From: Anaeromyxobacter sp.
Lineage (GTDB): Bacteria; Myxococcota; Myxococcia; Myxococcales; Anaeromyxobacteraceae
Length of the DNA stretch: 64,000 nt
Direction of reading: 5' to 3'
Assembly (NCBI GenBank): GCA_049840735.1
Contig: JASGJN010000002.1
Location: forward strand, 193,109 to 257,108
A program made the position numbers and the translations under genes. The notes under the pieces are model-generated. The model was not told where the DNA came from. It saw only the letters and a program-made list of their open reading frames with translations, and did no database searches. Positions 61,971 through 64,000 of this stretch are shown here, piece after piece. The number at the start of each line of letters is the position of its first letter. Position 1 is the first letter of the stretch.

Positions 61971-62388
61971 GGACGAGCCGCTTCCGGCGCCGCCCGTCGA
62001 ACTCGTAGTAGAAGATCTGCTGCCACGGTCCCAGGTCCAGCTTCCCCTGGGTGACCGGCACGATCACCTGGTGGCCGATGAGCAGGTTCTTGAGGTGGGC
62101 GTCCCCGTTGTCCTCCCCGCTGTGGTGGTGGCGGTACTCGGGGCCGGGCGTCCGGTCGTCCGCCGCCGGGCCGGGCGCCAGGCGCTGCAGCCACTCCTCG
62201 ATGTCCTGGTGCAGCCCGCTCTCATCGTCGTTCACGAAGACGGCGGCGGTGATGTGCATGGCCGAGACGAGGATCATCCCCTCGGCGATGCCGCTCTCGC
62301 GGCAGAAGGCCTCCACCTCGTCGGTGATGCGGACGAGCCCCCGCCGGCGCGGCAGCTCGAAGGTCAGGTACCTGGTCGCGCTCTTCAT
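61951..62388 (-). CDS. yjbQ: YjbQ/UPF0047 family protein
   Basis: [29 protein letters not shown]...EFDG.R. Confidence 0.93.
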   Translation of the reverse strand: MKSATRYLTFELPRRRGLVRITDEVEAFCRESGIAEGMILVSAMHITAAVFVNDDESGLHQDIEEWLQRLAPGPAADDRTPGPEYRHHHSGEDNGDAHLKNLLIGHQVIVPVTQGKLDLGPWQQIFYYEFDGRRRKRLVLKALGG

Positions 62389-62534
62389 GGGCGAGGGTAC
62401 GGGGACTGCGCGCGCCGCGCACCTTCCCGGCCGCGCGCCCGCCCGGGCGGAGCTTCACACCCTGATCGCACCACGCATCCACGGGACTTGCGACCCCTGG
62501 CGCTTCCTGGGAAGGTGCGCCGCGGGGGACGCCG

Positions 62535-62974
62535 ATGGCCTCTTCGGACTTCACCTCGGAGCTGGTCCTCGGGACCGACGAGCTGGATCTCCAGCACCGG
62601 GAGATCTTCGACCTCCTGCTGGCGGCCGCCCGCGCGGTCGAGGGCGAGGCCGAGGCCGCCCGCGCCGCCTTCTCGCGGCTGCACGACGCCGTCACCTCCC
62701 ACCTCGCGGCGGAGGAGGCGCTCATGGAGGAGACGCAGTTCCCCGAGCGCGCCCGGCACACTCCGCCCATGACCTGTTCCTGGTGGACCTCAACCAGCTG
62801 GGCGGGGAGCTCGCGCAGAAGGGGCCCACGCCGCTGGTGGCCGAGTGGCTCCGCGTCCGGGTGCCGGAGTGGCTCCGCTTCCACATCCAGGTGAACGACG
62901 CCCGCCTGGCCGAGCACCTGCTGCGCCGCCGCGCCAACGCCGGCCGCCCCCGCCGTCCCATGCCGCGGGCCTGA
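62535..62974 (+). CDS. Bacteriohemerythrin (apparent frameshift ~62759)
   Basis: LD.QHREIF, HLAAEEALM, H...H, WLRFHI...D. Confidence 0.85.
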
Positions 62975-62977
62975 GCC

Positions 62978-64000
62978 TCAGGCCGGCGCGCTGGCGCCCG
63001 CGCCCGCCGGCGCCAGGAGCTCATCCACCTCTTCGCGCAGCAGCCAGTCGTCGCCGAACGCGGCCGCCTGGGCGCGGATGGCCAGCAGCCGCTCGCGCGT
63101 GGCGGCGCCCGCCTCGCGCAGCCGGCGCACCTCGGCGTAGAGCGCAGCCAGCGCCGGGGGCAGCGCCGCGACCTTGTGGGCCCGGGCGCGCGCCTCCCCC
63201 TCTCCGGCGGCGAAGGAGGACCACTCGCCCAGGTGGCGATCCCAGGCCTCCGGGTCGGCCGGCCCGCCCGCCACCGAGCGCAGGTCCTCCGAGACGAACA
63301 GCAGCGCCCAGCTGGGCAGCGCCAGCGCCCGACCCTCGCGGCGGCCGCGCAGGTCCACCACCTCCCCGCCGCCCACCGCGAACCCCTGCAGCGTGAGCCC
63401 GCCGGGCAGCGGCAGCGTGAAGGGGCCGCGCTCGGGGAGCCGCCCGGCGCCGAAGGCCACCACCACCTCGCCCGCCCAGGGGCGGCCCTCCGCCTGGCCG
63501 CCGCGCGAGATCAGCACCGGCCCCTCCAGCCGGCAGAGCGCGGTGGAGAGGCCGGGGGCCACCGCGGCGGCCGCCGGCACCCGCTCCACCACCTTCCCGG
63601 TCAGCTCGCGCCCGCCGGAGAGGACCAGGTGGTTCACGGTGCGTGACCGCAGCGCCTCCTCCAGCCCCTGGTCGCCCCCGCGGCGCCAGGAGAGCGTGGC
63701 GGTGAAGGCGTCCAGCACCTCGAAGAGCTGGTCGAAGTCGCGGGCCACGAAGAGCTGCGGCTGCATGCGCGTGATGTCGTAGGCCACGTCGGCGCAGGCG
63801 GCGGTGAGCGGCCGCTTCTCCACGGCGGGCGTCAGGCAGTGCTCGGCCTCGCCGATGGAGGAGAGCAGCCCCGCGCCGTAGAGGCGCGGCCGCTCCAGCG
63901 ACCCCACCAGCCCGTACTCCGCCGTCCACCAGTAGAGCCGGGACGCGCGGGTGGCCTCCGAGGCGTACCGGACGCTGGCGCTGGCCGCCTGGAGCCGGGC
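62978..64000 (-). CDS. Long-form biopterin-dependent aromatic amino acid hydroxylase (PhhA-like), 3' part
   Basis: RLYWWTAEYGL...YGAGLLSSIGE...YDITRMQPQLFV plus a long C-terminal extension. Confidence 0.88.
   Translation of the reverse strand, partial: ARLQAASASVRYASEATRASRLYWWTAEYGLVGSLERPRLYGAGLLSSIGEAEHCLTPAVEKRPLTAACADVAYDITRMQPQLFVARDFDQLFEVLDAFTATLSWRRGGDQGLEEALRSRTVNHLVLSGGRELTGKVVERVPAAAAVAPGLSTALCRLEGPVLISRGGQAEGRPWAGEVVVAFGAGRLPERGPFTLPLPGGLTLQGFAVGGGEVVDLRGRREGRALALPSWALLFVSEDLRSVAGGPADPEAWDRHLGEWSSFAAGEGEARARAHKVAALPPALAALYAEVRRLREAGAATRERLLAIRAQAAAFGDDWLLREEVDELLAPAGAGASAPA

Noticed and set aside
2293..62974. Mass pseudogenisation
   Set aside because: The broken genes show only single-base indels at GATC or short G/C runs, with intact motifs and no further decay; sequencing error is more parsimonious.

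Overview
Very GC-rich bacterial DNA whose gene content suggests an Anaeromyxobacter-like myxobacterium (inference). The left end holds yceD-rpmF-plsX, tRNA-Arg(CCG), two orphan NarL-type regulators, and a Fur-box-preceded operon encoding a Fur C-terminal-domain-only protein, Bfd and Bfr. From about 7.3 to 55.9 kb lies a large Wzx/Wzy-dependent surface polysaccharide locus resembling the myxobacterial Exo/spore-coat pathway. It has a priming transferase, short OPX plus beta-barrel, pseudo-BY-kinase, Wzx, PCP, Wzy and many glycosyltransferases. It is extended by a GDP-heptose pathway, several acylation enzymes, a NadE-like/AsnB/ACP/adenylation-enzyme module, and three near-identical mosaic beta-helix lipoprotein genes with different N-termini. 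The right end holds an NfnA-NfnB-Cys-rich-rubrerythrin fusion, a PilZ protein with PAWP repeats, a rhomboid, YjbQ, a hemerythrin and a long-form aromatic amino acid hydroxylase. About 20 apparent frameshifts break otherwise intact genes. More than half lie in or beside GATC sites (GATC to GATTC/GAATC), and further GATC to GATT/AATC substitutions occur. This most likely reflects basecalling errors at a modified GATC cytosine rather than pseudogenes.
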